A stretch of 32,000 bases of DNA from contig NZ_CP053627.1 in NCBI RefSeq assembly GCF_013177435.1, forward strand, positions 240,001 to 272,000. Direction: 5' to 3'. Every line of letters starts with the position of its first letter. The stretch's first letter is position 1. A program made the position numbers and the translations under genes. Positions 11,569-20,738 of this stretch are shown here, piece after piece. The DNA is from Xylella taiwanensis. Its GTDB lineage: Bacteria; Pseudomonadota; Gammaproteobacteria; Xanthomonadales; Xanthomonadaceae. The notes under the pieces were generated by a model. The model worked only from the letters and a program-made list of their open reading frames with translations. It did not search any database and was not told the origin of the DNA.

Positions 11569-12398
11569 GGTTTTTGTTGCACACATCTGGCATACACGTT
11601 GCTTGGCTGGAAGTTTTTACTTGAATGGGCCTGAATATGCCGAAGCTGGCAGAGAAGAAGTACCGAACAACGAAATGGTCAACGGATAACGCAGTACTCG
11701 AATCCAGAAGCTCATAGTGATTCGCTAATCCAGTGTTGTTTTTCGCTGATATGTCAGAGTATTGGACGGGCAGACAGTCTCTCGAGATTGCCAAGCCTGG
11801 ATTGGCTGTAGTTCGATTTCAGCACGATCTCTTGGTATCAGAAGCGCTTGCAGGTTGCCATCTCTTATGGTTGGCAGGAGTGATGTTTTGGAACTGCTGG
11901 TCGATAGAACGGGTGTCAAGATGCTTGGTGAAGCGGAATAGAAAACGCAGCAGTACGGTGCTGACGACTGGCATTAGTAGCCTAAGTTGGGTCTGGGGCT
12001 TGATGCCCACACCATGAGACCTGAGAGATACGGACCATCGAAGTCACTAGCAATCGTGTAGGCGATGCGCCGATGCGGTCGAAGTTTCCAGTCCAGATGG
12101 CCTCCGCCATTATTCGATGAAATCTTCGAAATCATCAAGGCAACGCAGTGTCTGGGCTTGGCGATCAGCGGTGACCGCAACGCTTCTTCGTTGCAACCAA
12201 AATTCCGTATTTGAAACAGCTTGGTGGGCGCATGATGTGTGGTGATTTTGGCCGTCAAGTTGCGAAGCTTCGGAGATGGGCCGCCTTGTTCGACTGTTTC
12301 AACCAACTCCGAGCACCTGTCTACTGTCATTACGCCATCAATCTGTCCTGGATTGGAAAGGCCGACATTTCCACTCAATTTGTGCAACAAAGTTGTCC
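11569..12398 (+). mobile_element. degenerate IS5-family (IS903-like) insertion sequence; transposase is a pseudogene
   Basis: Transposase pieces lie on the + strand in shifting frames with stops. From 11637: MPKLAEKKYRTTKWSTDNAVLESRSS** (compare IS903-type YR..NWSEYN..L..RGSL). From 11891: ELLVDRTGVKMLGEAE*KTQQYG (compare vIDSTGLKVfGEGEWK.KKHG, first catalytic D). From 12211: KQLGGRMMCGDFGRQVAKLRRWAALFDCFNQL (compare KQLFGGSLTLRDYDGQVAEAMALVRALNKM). Terminal inverted repeats: 11569-11590 GGTTTTTGTTGCACACATCTGG versus the reverse complement of 12371-12398, GGACAACTTTGTTGCACAAATTGAGTGG (shared TTTGTTGCACA.AT). The ~830 bp length is shorter than intact IS903-type elements. Confidence 0.7.
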
Positions 12399-13532
12399 TG
12401 CAGTGTTTGTTCCCGTTCTTATTTTGTTGTGTTCAACGATGGCGGCCTGAGATGTTCCAGTTATCCTTAGGACTATTCGTTTCATGAATTTTTCTTGTGA
12501 TTCTCGGTGAAGATGACGATCACCGCTCTCTTGTTACTGGAAATGTATTTCCGAGGAAACTGTCCCATTCCTTTCCAATGGAATGAAGCATCGTCTGTAT
12601 TATTTTTGACAAGAAAGTATCTTTAAATGAACGGAATTGCATGTTGATGTGTGACTTTTTTAGCTTTGTTGAAATAGCTGATGCTTGAGTGACAGCGGTC
12701 CAAGAAAGCCGATACGCTTTCCGATGCAGCGTTATACGATGAGACTGAGTATCGCTAATCTCATTTCTCATCCCTAAGATATTCTTCTAGGAAAAATTGT
12801 TGGGGGGTTGTGGACACGTCCGTGTCGGTGACTCATGCAAGCGAAGGTTGATAAGGGTGAGAAGACGAGGTGTTGCTTACTATTGCTTGTGCAGTCAGCG
12901 CTGGTGCATGTGATGGATTCAGTTTCTGCATACTTGTGATTTGGAATGTTTTTGCCGCAACAGACACCGGCTTGACTAAACTTATATTTATCCTTTTGAT
13001 TTAGTGAAGTAACTGTTTCAATTCAGATTGTTTGGAAATTTAAAGTCACTAATAAAACATCAAAAAGCGACGAGCGCCCGCGTGAAACATGTCTATGGTA
13101 GCTGTAATGAACCGCTATTTTCTCATCGACGTAGCGGTACTTGTAACAGTCAGCCGACGCGCTTGGCTGGTATTGGAGTGTTTCGTTAGCGCGTGTCTGT
13201 TGTGGCAGACCTTTGAGATATTTCGCTGACTCATGTTGGGCGTAGAGTGCAATCTCGAGATCGCAATCGAATTTTGCATCCGGTACGTGCTGTCTTGGTG
13301 ACGCATTCATGTGCCGATGTAGTGTCCATAGTGCTGGTTCGGATGATCTATACGCGGAATTGATTGTTAGTATTCGACTCCAGTGATCACTGTTCTAGAG
13401 GTTCGGCTCGAGTAAAGCGAGCTAGTTTCCGTCCAACGAATCCGTGTTTTTAGATGGCTTTTTACTGTTCATGATGATGTTTACCCGTTGTCGTTGTCCT
13501 CCACCTCACCTCTGCCAGAAAGGAAAGCTGCC

Positions 13533-15008
13533 TTGATCACTGCAATGCAGTTTCAGCGTCAAGTTGCCGAGGGTTGTACCCGCATCCCGGTGGTACGCGA
13601 AGTGTTGTCTGATTTGGATACTCCACTCTCGGTCTATCTGAAATTTGCTGATGGTCCATACACCTATCTGTTCGAATCAGTGGAAGGGGGAGAGCGTTTT
13701 GGCAGGTATTCGATCATTGGATTGCCGGCGCGGCGCGTATATACCTTTCGCGGTCATACCTTGGTGGTGAGCGAATTCGGTGAGATGGTGGAGACACGTC
13801 AAGTGGCTGATCCGCTTGCCGAAGTTGAGGTGCTGCGTGCCCAGTATGTAGTGCCTCGACTAGAAGGGTTGCCAGGTTTCACAGGCGGCTTAGTGGGCTG
13901 GTTCGGCTTTGAGTGCATCCAGTACATCGAGCCCCGCTTCATTTCAGGTGACAAGCCCAATGAACTTGGGACCCCGGACATTCTGCTGATGCTCTCGGAA
14001 GAACTGGCGGTGTTCGACAACCTTAAGGGCCGGTTATATCTGATCGTTCATGTTAATCCTCTGCAACCGCAAGCTTACGCCCGTGCAATGCGACGCTTGG
14101 ATGAGTTGGTTCACCGTCTGCAGCAAGGTGGGGTAAATTACCTGCAGACACACATTTCAGAAGTGATCAACGAGGAGGATTTTCACTCTTCGTTGACTCG
14201 CGAGCAGTACCACGCCGTGGTGCGCAAAGCGCAGGAGTATGTGCGCGCCGGTGATATTTTCCAGGTGGTGCCAAGTCAGCGCCTGCGTACACAGTTTCGT
14301 GCTCGCCCGATCGATGTATATCGCGCGCTGCGTGCGATGAATCCGTCGCCTTACATGTATTTCATTGATATTGGCTGCACTCAGGTGGTTGGCTCATCAC
14401 CGGAGATATTGGCGCGATTACAAGGAGGAGTGGTCACGCTGCGTCCGATTGCCGGCACACGTCCGCGTGGCGCCACCCCGGAACAGGACAAACGGTTGGA
14501 AATGGAATTGTTAGCCGATCCAAAAGAGCGTGCTGAACATGTGATGCTGATCGATCTGGGCCGTAATGATATTGGGCGTATTGCCGAGGCTGGGAGTGTG
14601 CAAGTCAAAGAAGCCTTTGTGATCGAGCGTTATAGTCACGTCATGCATATTGTCAGTGAGGTCACCGGCATACTGAGGCCGGGTCTGAGCTATGTCGATG
14701 TGTTACGTGCGACGTTCCCAGCTGGTACGGTATCAGGCGCGCCGAAGATCCGTGCATTGGAGATTATCCGTGAGTTGGAATCCGTGTGTCGGAACGTCTA
14801 TTCCGGCGCGGTAGGTTACATCGGCTGGCATGGAGATGCCGACACAGCGATCGCGATTCGCACCGCGGTGATTCAGAACGGTTACCTGTACGTGCAGGCT
14901 GGTGGTGGTGTGGTCTATGACTCCGATCCAGACTTGGAATGGCAGGAAACCATGAACAAAGCACGCGCGTTGTTCAGTGCGGTGGCACATGCGGTGAAAG
15001 GGTTGTGA
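13533..15008 (+). CDS. trpE: anthranilate synthase component I
   Basis: ITAMQFQRQVAEGCTRIPVVREVLSDLDTPLSVYLK..., FESVEGGERFGRYS and GAVGYIGW.GD.D.AIAIRT are canonical TrpE. I place the start at TTG 13533, which gives the conserved M-ITxxQF N-terminus and has AGGA at 13521-13524. The ORF-track start at 13488 (also TTG) is possible. Confidence 0.94.
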   Translation: MITAMQFQRQVAEGCTRIPVVREVLSDLDTPLSVYLKFADGPYTYLFESVEGGERFGRYSIIGLPARRVYTFRGHTLVVSEFGEMVETRQVADPLAEVEVLRAQYVVPRLEGLPGFTGGLVGWFGFECIQYIEPRFISGDKPNELGTPDILLMLSEELAVFDNLKGRLYLIVHVNPLQPQAYARAMRRLDELVHRLQQGGVNYLQTHISEVINEEDFHSSLTREQYHAVVRKAQEYVRAGDIFQVVPSQRLRTQFRARPIDVYRALRAMNPSPYMYFIDIGCTQVVGSSPEILARLQGGVVTLRPIAGTRPRGATPEQDKRLEMELLADPKERAEHVMLIDLGRNDIGRIAEAGSVQVKEAFVIERYSHVMHIVSEVTGILRPGLSYVDVLRATFPAGTVSGAPKIRALEIIRELESVCRNVYSGAVGYIGWHGDADTAIAIRTAVIQNGYLYVQAGGGVVYDSDPDLEWQETMNKARALFSAVAHAVKGL

Positions 15009-15188
15009 TAGATAGACAAAATGGTATGCGGTACATCGGGGGCTACAATAGCGGCAGTGAGCACAACCCATTCGTGCATGCTGGGGGTGTTGATTGCGGT
15101 GAGTGCTTAATTCTTCCGTCGAGTGTCTTCACTTCATTACTATGTGAAGTTGATGCGATTTTCCTAACTGCGTAATGAGTCCATTGCT

Positions 15189-15773
15189 ATGTTACTCATG
15201 CTCGATAATTACGATAGCTTCACCTACAACCTTGTGCAGTATTTGCAGACCTTGGGTGCTGAAGTGATGGTTGTCCGTAATGATGCGATGACAGTCGAGC
15301 AAATTGCTGCGCTCAGACCCGAGCGCGTTGTGATATCGCCGGGTCCTTGCACACCGTATGAGGCCGGAGTCTCGCTAAAACTGATCGAACGGCTTGGTCC
15401 GGTTACGCCGATTCTCGGCGTCTGCCTTGGTCACCAGAGTATCGGACAAGCTTATGGTGGTGATGTAATTCACGCTACCAACATCATGCACGGCAAAACT
15501 TCGCCGATTCACCACAATGGGAAAGGTGTGTTTGTTGGTTTACCGAATGGCTATCATGCAACGCGTTACCATTCATTGGTTGTTGATAAGACGACATTGC
15601 CAGATGTCTTGGAAGTGACTGCTTGGACAGAGAATCAGGATGGGACGATCGAGGAAATCATGGGCTTGCGCCACCGCGAGTATTTTGTCGAAGGTGTTCA
15701 GTTCCATCCCGAGTCGATCCTCACCGAGCACGGTCACGCGCTGCTGAAGAATTTCCTGGAGCGTCCTTTCTGA
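15189..15773 (+). CDS. trpG: anthranilate synthase component II / aminodeoxychorismate synthase glutamine amidotransferase
   Basis: [19 protein letters not shown]..., the triad context [10 protein letters not shown] and GVQFHPES identify a class I GATase of TrpG/PabA type. Confidence 0.93.
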   Translation: MLLMLDNYDSFTYNLVQYLQTLGAEVMVVRNDAMTVEQIAALRPERVVISPGPCTPYEAGVSLKLIERLGPVTPILGVCLGHQSIGQAYGGDVIHATNIMHGKTSPIHHNGKGVFVGLPNGYHATRYHSLVVDKTTLPDVLEVTAWTENQDGTIEEIMGLRHREYFVEGVQFHPESILTEHGHALLKNFLERPF

Positions 15774-15839
15774 GGGATACATCAGCTGTGTTGCTTTTGC
15801 ATCAATTCCATCCTGTTGCTTTGATCTGAGAACTATTGG

Positions 15840-16874
15840 ATGTCTATGACTCCTCAAGAAGCCCTACAGCGCATCATCGAACACCGGGAGATCTTGCAGG
15901 ACGAGATGGTAGAGTTGATGCGCCAGATTATGCGTGGTGAGGTTTCCGGAACCATGGTCGCAGCGATCCTTACCGGACTACGCGTAAAAAAGGAGACCGT
16001 TGGCGAAATTACGGGTGCAGCGACAGTGATGCGTGAGTTCTCCCGTAGGGTGAATGTGCGAGACTGCACTCATTTGGTCGACATTGTTGGTACTGGTGGC
16101 GATGGCTCGCATACCTTCAACATTTCTACTTGTGCGATGTTCGTGGTAGCGGCTGCCGGCGCTAAAGTGGCCAAGCATGGTAATCGTAGTGTGTCCTCCA
16201 AGTCTGGCAGTGCTGATGTGCTTGAGGTGCTGGGAGCATCGATCGAGTTGCAGCCCGGTGAAGTCGCGGAGGCGATCGCATCTACTGGAATTGGCTTCAT
16301 GTTTGCGCCGATTCACCACCCAGTCATGAAAGTTGTTGCGCCGGTGCGGCGCGAGATGGGAGTGCGTACGATTTTTAACATTCTTGGTCCGCTGACCAAT
16401 CCGGCCGATGCACCTAATATTTTGATGGGCGTGTTCGATCCGGATCTGGTTGGTATCCAGGCGCGTGTACTGCAGAAACTCGGTGCTGAGCGTGCATTGG
16501 TCGTCTGGGGCGGTGATGGCATGGATGAACTATCACTCGGCGCCGCTACTTTGGTTGCCGAGCTGCGTGACGGTAGGGTTCGCGAGTACGAAGTGTCCCC
16601 GGAGGACTATGGCATGGCCGTGTCGCCGCGCTCCAACCTGCGAGTTGCCAGTCCCGTTGAGTCACGGAAGATGGTGTTGGAAGTGCTTGCTGGGAAACCT
16701 GGTCCGGCGCTGGACATTGTCGTGCTCAACGCTGGCGCTGCGCTGTATGTGGCTGGCGTGGCACAGGATATCGGCCATGGAATCGCGTTGGCACGGGAGG
16801 TAATCGTCGATGGACGCGCCAGCGACACACTGGACCAGTATGTGGCGTTCACACGTTGCCCACGCCATGTTTGA
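15840..16874 (+). CDS. trpD: anthranilate phosphoribosyltransferase
   Basis: [50 protein letters not shown] is the canonical TrpD signature. 344 aa. Confidence 0.95.
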   Translation: MSMTPQEALQRIIEHREILQDEMVELMRQIMRGEVSGTMVAAILTGLRVKKETVGEITGAATVMREFSRRVNVRDCTHLVDIVGTGGDGSHTFNISTCAMFVVAAAGAKVAKHGNRSVSSKSGSADVLEVLGASIELQPGEVAEAIASTGIGFMFAPIHHPVMKVVAPVRREMGVRTIFNILGPLTNPADAPNILMGVFDPDLVGIQARVLQKLGAERALVVWGGDGMDELSLGAATLVAELRDGRVREYEVSPEDYGMAVSPRSNLRVASPVESRKMVLEVLAGKPGPALDIVVLNAGAALYVAGVAQDIGHGIALAREVIVDGRASDTLDQYVAFTRCPRHV

Positions 16875-16950
16875 ATGCTGCCGTATTAAACAAGCTATAA
16901 ACTGTTCTTCCACATTTGCAGTGAATGCCTGCTTCCGATGACTTGACCCG

Positions 16951-17745
16951 ATGAGCAACATCCTCACTAAGATTCTTGCCCGCAAGGTCGATGAGATTGC
17001 CGAGCGCCTCTTATGTGCGTCGCAGACTGAGTTGGCCGCGCGTTGCGCCGATTTGCCGGAAACCCGTGGTTTCACCGCTGCACTGCAGGCTACGATCGCT
17101 CAGGGTGATCCAGCGGTGATTGCTGAGATTAAGAAGGCTAGCCCTTCCAAAGGGGTGATTCGCGAGGATTTCCGTCCTGCGGAGATCGCTATTTCCTACG
17201 AACTCGGCGGTGCTAGTTGTCTATCGGTACTGACGGACATGCATTTCTTCAAGGGCCACGACGGCTATTTGAGTCAGGCCCGTGATGCTTGCACTCTTCC
17301 AGTGTTGCGCAAAGATTTCACGATCGACCCGTACCAAGTGTATGAGGCACGTGTGCTTGGTGCTGATTGCATTCTGTTGATTGTCGCTGCGTTGGACGAT
17401 GCTCAGTTGGTTGACTTGTCCGGCTTGGCATTGCAACTGGGAATGGATGTGCTGGTTGAAGTTCACGATATTGATGAACTCGAGCGCGCAATACAGATTT
17501 CGGTGCCACTAATTGGTATCAACAACCGTAATCTGCATACCTTCGAAGTTTCATTGGAGACGACGTTGGCAATGAAAGCGTTGGTGCCACGTGATCGTTT
17601 GCTAGTGACTGAGAGCGGTATCCTTACCACTGCCGATGTACAACGCATGCGTTCTGCGGGCGTGAATGCGTTTCTCGTTGGCGAGGCGTTTATGCGTGCG
17701 GTCGAGCCGGGTGAGTCACTCCGAGAGATGTTCTTCATCGCGTGA
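16951..17745 (+). CDS. trpC: indole-3-glycerol phosphate synthase
   Basis: [16 protein letters not shown]..., [29 protein letters not shown] and INNRNL are canonical TrpC. 264 aa. Confidence 0.95.
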   Translation: MSNILTKILARKVDEIAERLLCASQTELAARCADLPETRGFTAALQATIAQGDPAVIAEIKKASPSKGVIREDFRPAEIAISYELGGASCLSVLTDMHFFKGHDGYLSQARDACTLPVLRKDFTIDPYQVYEARVLGADCILLIVAALDDAQLVDLSGLALQLGMDVLVEVHDIDELERAIQISVPLIGINNRNLHTFEVSLETTLAMKALVPRDRLLVTESGILTTADVQRMRSAGVNAFLVGEAFMRAVEPGESLREMFFIA

Positions 17746-18458
17746 GTGCACCATATCCATCATTGCGCGAGGATGCGCCATTAGTTGTATTCGATTTCGA
17801 TCATACGCTGTACGATGGCGATTCTGGCAGTGATTTGTTTGCTTGGCTGATCCGAAGCAATCCGTTGCGTTTAGCAGCAGCGTTGCTGGTGACGCCGTTG
17901 CTTGGTCCGTTGGCAGCGATGCTGTCGACCCGGCGTCGTAGCATTTCCGGTTACGTTTGGATTGCTACCTTTGGCATGCGTCATACGCGTGAGTTCAACA
18001 GGGTCATCAGGGCTTATGTGCTGCGCCATGAGTCGCAGATCCGGCAGCGGTTGCTACCGCGGGCGTTGGAAGTATTCGCGTGCCATCGCATTGCTGGTGA
18101 TTGTGTGGTGGTGGCCACTGGTGCGCCCCCTGAACTGGTACGTGCAATCCTGGCTTTGGTGGCTTATCAGGAGGTGCCGGTGGTTGGTAGTTCGATCGTG
18201 CCGTGTTTCGGCGCAATCCGTGTTGTTCGCCATTGTCACCATGAGGAAAAAATACGCATGCTCCGTGAGCAGGGTTACCGTGATATTGCTGTGGCGTATT
18301 CGGACAGTACCGCAGATTTGCCGTTGCTCATGGCAGCAAAGGTACCGGTAGTAGTGAATCCCAAGCCTAAGCGTGAAAAGCTGTTCCGTAGTTTGCTGCC
18401 ACCGGGTACATCGATCATTCACTGGGGATGCCGCCGCCGTGGAGGCGATTGCGATTAG
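17742..18458 (+). CDS. HAD-IB family hydrolase, PgpC/YfhB-like (embedded hydrophobic helix)
   Basis: HAD motif [15 protein letters not shown], an embedded hydrophobic segment [21 protein letters not shown], motif ...[12 protein letters not shown]..., and motif [14 protein letters not shown]. The layout parallels E. coli YfhB/PgpC as I recall it. The GTG start overlaps the trpC stop (GTGA at 17742-17745). Confidence 0.78.
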   Translation: MSAPYPSLREDAPLVVFDFDHTLYDGDSGSDLFAWLIRSNPLRLAAALLVTPLLGPLAAMLSTRRRSISGYVWIATFGMRHTREFNRVIRAYVLRHESQIRQRLLPRALEVFACHRIAGDCVVVATGAPPELVRAILALVAYQEVPVVGSSIVPCFGAIRVVRHCHHEEKIRMLREQGYRDIAVAYSDSTADLPLLMAAKVPVVVNPKPKREKLFRSLLPPGTSIIHWGCRRRGGDCD

Positions 18459-18852
18459 AGTTTGCTAAAGATGCGAGAAGCTTGAAGTCATGTTCATCGC
18501 CTTCGTCTGCTTTGCCTCTGATTGCGGATGGCTTGCAATCGTGTTGACAGGCCCTGGAGGGTGTTATCGATTGAGCCGAACAGATGATGGTAGCTAGCCA
18601 AGTGGTCAGGTTCTGTTGATAAAAACCTAGGACATCATGTGTACGTGAGGATTGCTTCGATCACATGTTTGTCAAAACTTTCGTTGTTGATGAGCAAGAG
18701 GGACGGCACTATCGACGGTTGTCCAAGGGAGATTACGCCGTGCTCGAACTGCAGGTTGAAATGTTGCGACAGTTTGAGAGGGGGAGCAGGTTGCATGCAC
18801 AATGTGGTCGAATGTGTATTCAACTATAGGCTTTCTTCTCATCTGGGGATAG

Positions 18853-19107
18853 GTTGATAACGTGCGAGATGGCGTGCGTTGCGGTAAGAACGGTGTAGAA
18901 CAAGTGGTTGATTGAGTTGCTGCAAGAGGCATCCAGCATGCCGTGACTCCTTACTGATTTAACCCACTAAGTTGTGATTGCGTATGTGGTCTGCACGATA
19001 TATCGCGTCGGATCAAGTACTGCTTTGGTTGTTCCAAGCGCTGCCGTGCTATGGCTACGCGTTATGAAAATGCTTTCGTAATCTCGTTGAGGCGATCTAC
19101 TTGGTAG
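18853..19107 (+). pseudogene. remnant of IS5-family (DDE_Tnp_1, IS427-like) transposase C-terminus
   Basis: A single frame reads VDNVRDGVRCGKNGVEQVVD*VAARGIQHAVTPY*FNPLSCDCVCGLHDISRRIKYCFGCSKRCRAMATRYENAFVISLRRSTW*. This parallels the conserved C-terminal ...L...GI..VIP.R.N......D..LY..RN.IE..FN.LK.FRRIATRYEK....F.......W of this transposase family. It contains two in-frame TGA codons, and there is no upstream transposase body. Confidence 0.55.
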
Positions 19108-19494
19108 TCGCTATTTATATACCGTGGCACAGGATCGACGAGGTGTCGACGTGGACACAAATCGAGAATGTTATTTGATGTCTGCCTTGGTGTTGGCGTC
19201 CCAAGTTGGTTCTTTGCAAGCACGGCTAACCAGTACTTTGTAGTTTTTCATTTTGTCGCAAGCACAGGATTGCAATGATCCATGGTTGGATAAGGTGCTA
19301 TGGATGCCATGTCCTGCTGTTACTGGTTTGGTCTGATATCACCACGCATTGGATGTTCTGTTTTCTCCCATGAAATGGGAGACATTTCATGCGAATATTT
19401 TTTAGGTAAAATTGATTATTCAATAGATTTTTTCAATCATTCAGCATAAAATGTGATATATAATAATAAATTAATTTGAAGTTCATCAATAAAA

Positions 19495-20007
19495 ATGGTC
19501 ATGGCGAGTTCAGAAACTACCGAGATGCGTATTGCTGTTACTTGCCAGCGCTTTCCTGCTTACTCGCGTAATCAAGCCGTGCTATTAGGTTTGGTCAAGC
19601 ATATTTACAAACGGGTTCACACCAATTGCAATCGGTTTTTACGGCGGTTTGGTCTCAGTTATCCTGAATATGACATTTTGATGATGATGTACGGTACTCA
19701 GGATTTGTCGCTGACACCAACCGAGGTAGCTGAATCTTCTGGTGAAAAGCCAGCGAATGTGACTCGTCTAACCAACAGTCTTTGCGAGAAAGGATTGATT
19801 CGACGCTCGATTCACCAGAATGACCGCCGTAAGGTCACTTTGACCTTAGAACCCGCTGCTTTGGAATTGCTCGATAAGGCCTTGCCGGAGGCTTGTGTAC
19901 AGATGGAAGCGCAGGTTTCCAATCTGTCTGAACGGGAGAACCAAGAATTAGAATATCTGTTGAAGAAGATGCTTGAAGTCATTGATAACTCTACTGATCA
20001 GCAATAG
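19495..20007 (+). CDS. MarR family transcriptional regulator
   Basis: 170 aa. The winged-helix core is LSYPEYDILMMMYGTQDLSLTPTEVAESSGEKPANVTRLTNSLCEKGLIRRSIHQNDRRKVTLTLEPAA, a typical MarR wHTH followed by the DRR wing. The upstream region is AT-rich. An alternative start at M11 is possible. Confidence 0.88.
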   Translation: MVMASSETTEMRIAVTCQRFPAYSRNQAVLLGLVKHIYKRVHTNCNRFLRRFGLSYPEYDILMMMYGTQDLSLTPTEVAESSGEKPANVTRLTNSLCEKGLIRRSIHQNDRRKVTLTLEPAALELLDKALPEACVQMEAQVSNLSERENQELEYLLKKMLEVIDNSTDQQ

Positions 20008-20662
20008 TTGCAATACGTGCGGTATTTTAATTTTTGTATTCGCTACTTTTGCCGCAATACAAGATCACCTCACAGTATCTGCTGTGCATATGATCGCTTT
20101 AACCATCTGTTGGTCTAAACCTGTCATTGCTGACAATCGGTAGGAGCCCAGTATCTTTAGTAAGGGTGGTTTGATCTAGCGATACCAAGGGTATTATTGC
20201 AGCGTGCTCGAACTTTAGGTGGAAACCCCACTGCAGTTGGGGTGTACCGCATGCATCATGTGGTTGAGCGCTTATGCCTTATGCAATTATCAAATATTTT
20301 CTTCGAGTCTCCATGCGTGACGACAATCTCGCCAGCAGTGATCTTGTATTCGCCTCATTTGCCTGTACGTTTCGAACATGTATGGAAATGTAAACGCGAC
20401 TTGGACTCCTAAACCCAACATTAGCGGAGTACGCCCATTTGGGTACATTGGCCGATACATATCGGACAGTGATGGTGTGCTATGTATAAAAAAGCCTTAA
20501 TGTTCTTTACTTCCGGTGAAGTCAACGCATTAAACACTTCTATATCAACGCCTTCTGCGACATACATAACATGTTCTTGGAGTTGTCAGTTAACGCACCA
20601 ACATCGTTAGATGTCTTCTTCAACAGTGAGGTTGTTTCTCTGTCTTTCAGGAGTTATAAGTT

Positions 20663-20702
20663 AAAGAATCAATAAAGGGACGCTGCTTGGAGGCTGCGTC
20701 CC
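20663..20702 (-). terminator. putative rho-independent terminator of pstS
   Basis: On the minus strand, 36 nt after the pstS stop: GGGACGC (20702-20696), a 12-nt loop, GCGTCCC (20683-20677), then TTTATTGATTCTTT. Confidence 0.5.
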
Positions 20703-20738
20703 AATCATTGTGATTAACGAGATGACTTTTGTCCCAAG

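Noticed and set aside
13023-13310. 95-aa minus-strand ORF divergent from trpE, together with the 83-aa ORF at 12520-12771.
   Set aside because: Neither has a Shine-Dalgarno sequence or any family resemblance. Both are embedded in the stop-dense rpe-trpE spacer and are likely chance ORFs.
13311-13532. A possible tryptophan attenuator or leader peptide upstream of trpE.
   Set aside because: There is no short ORF with tandem Trp codons (no TGGTGG), and no convincing alternative terminator/antiterminator pair. Only isolated T-runs are present.
17902-18351. 149-aa alternate-frame plus-strand ORF, and the minus-strand ORFs within the HAD gene.
   Set aside because: The HAD motifs I-IV lie in the 17742 frame. 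The alternate frames are Arg/Trp/Cys-rich noise.
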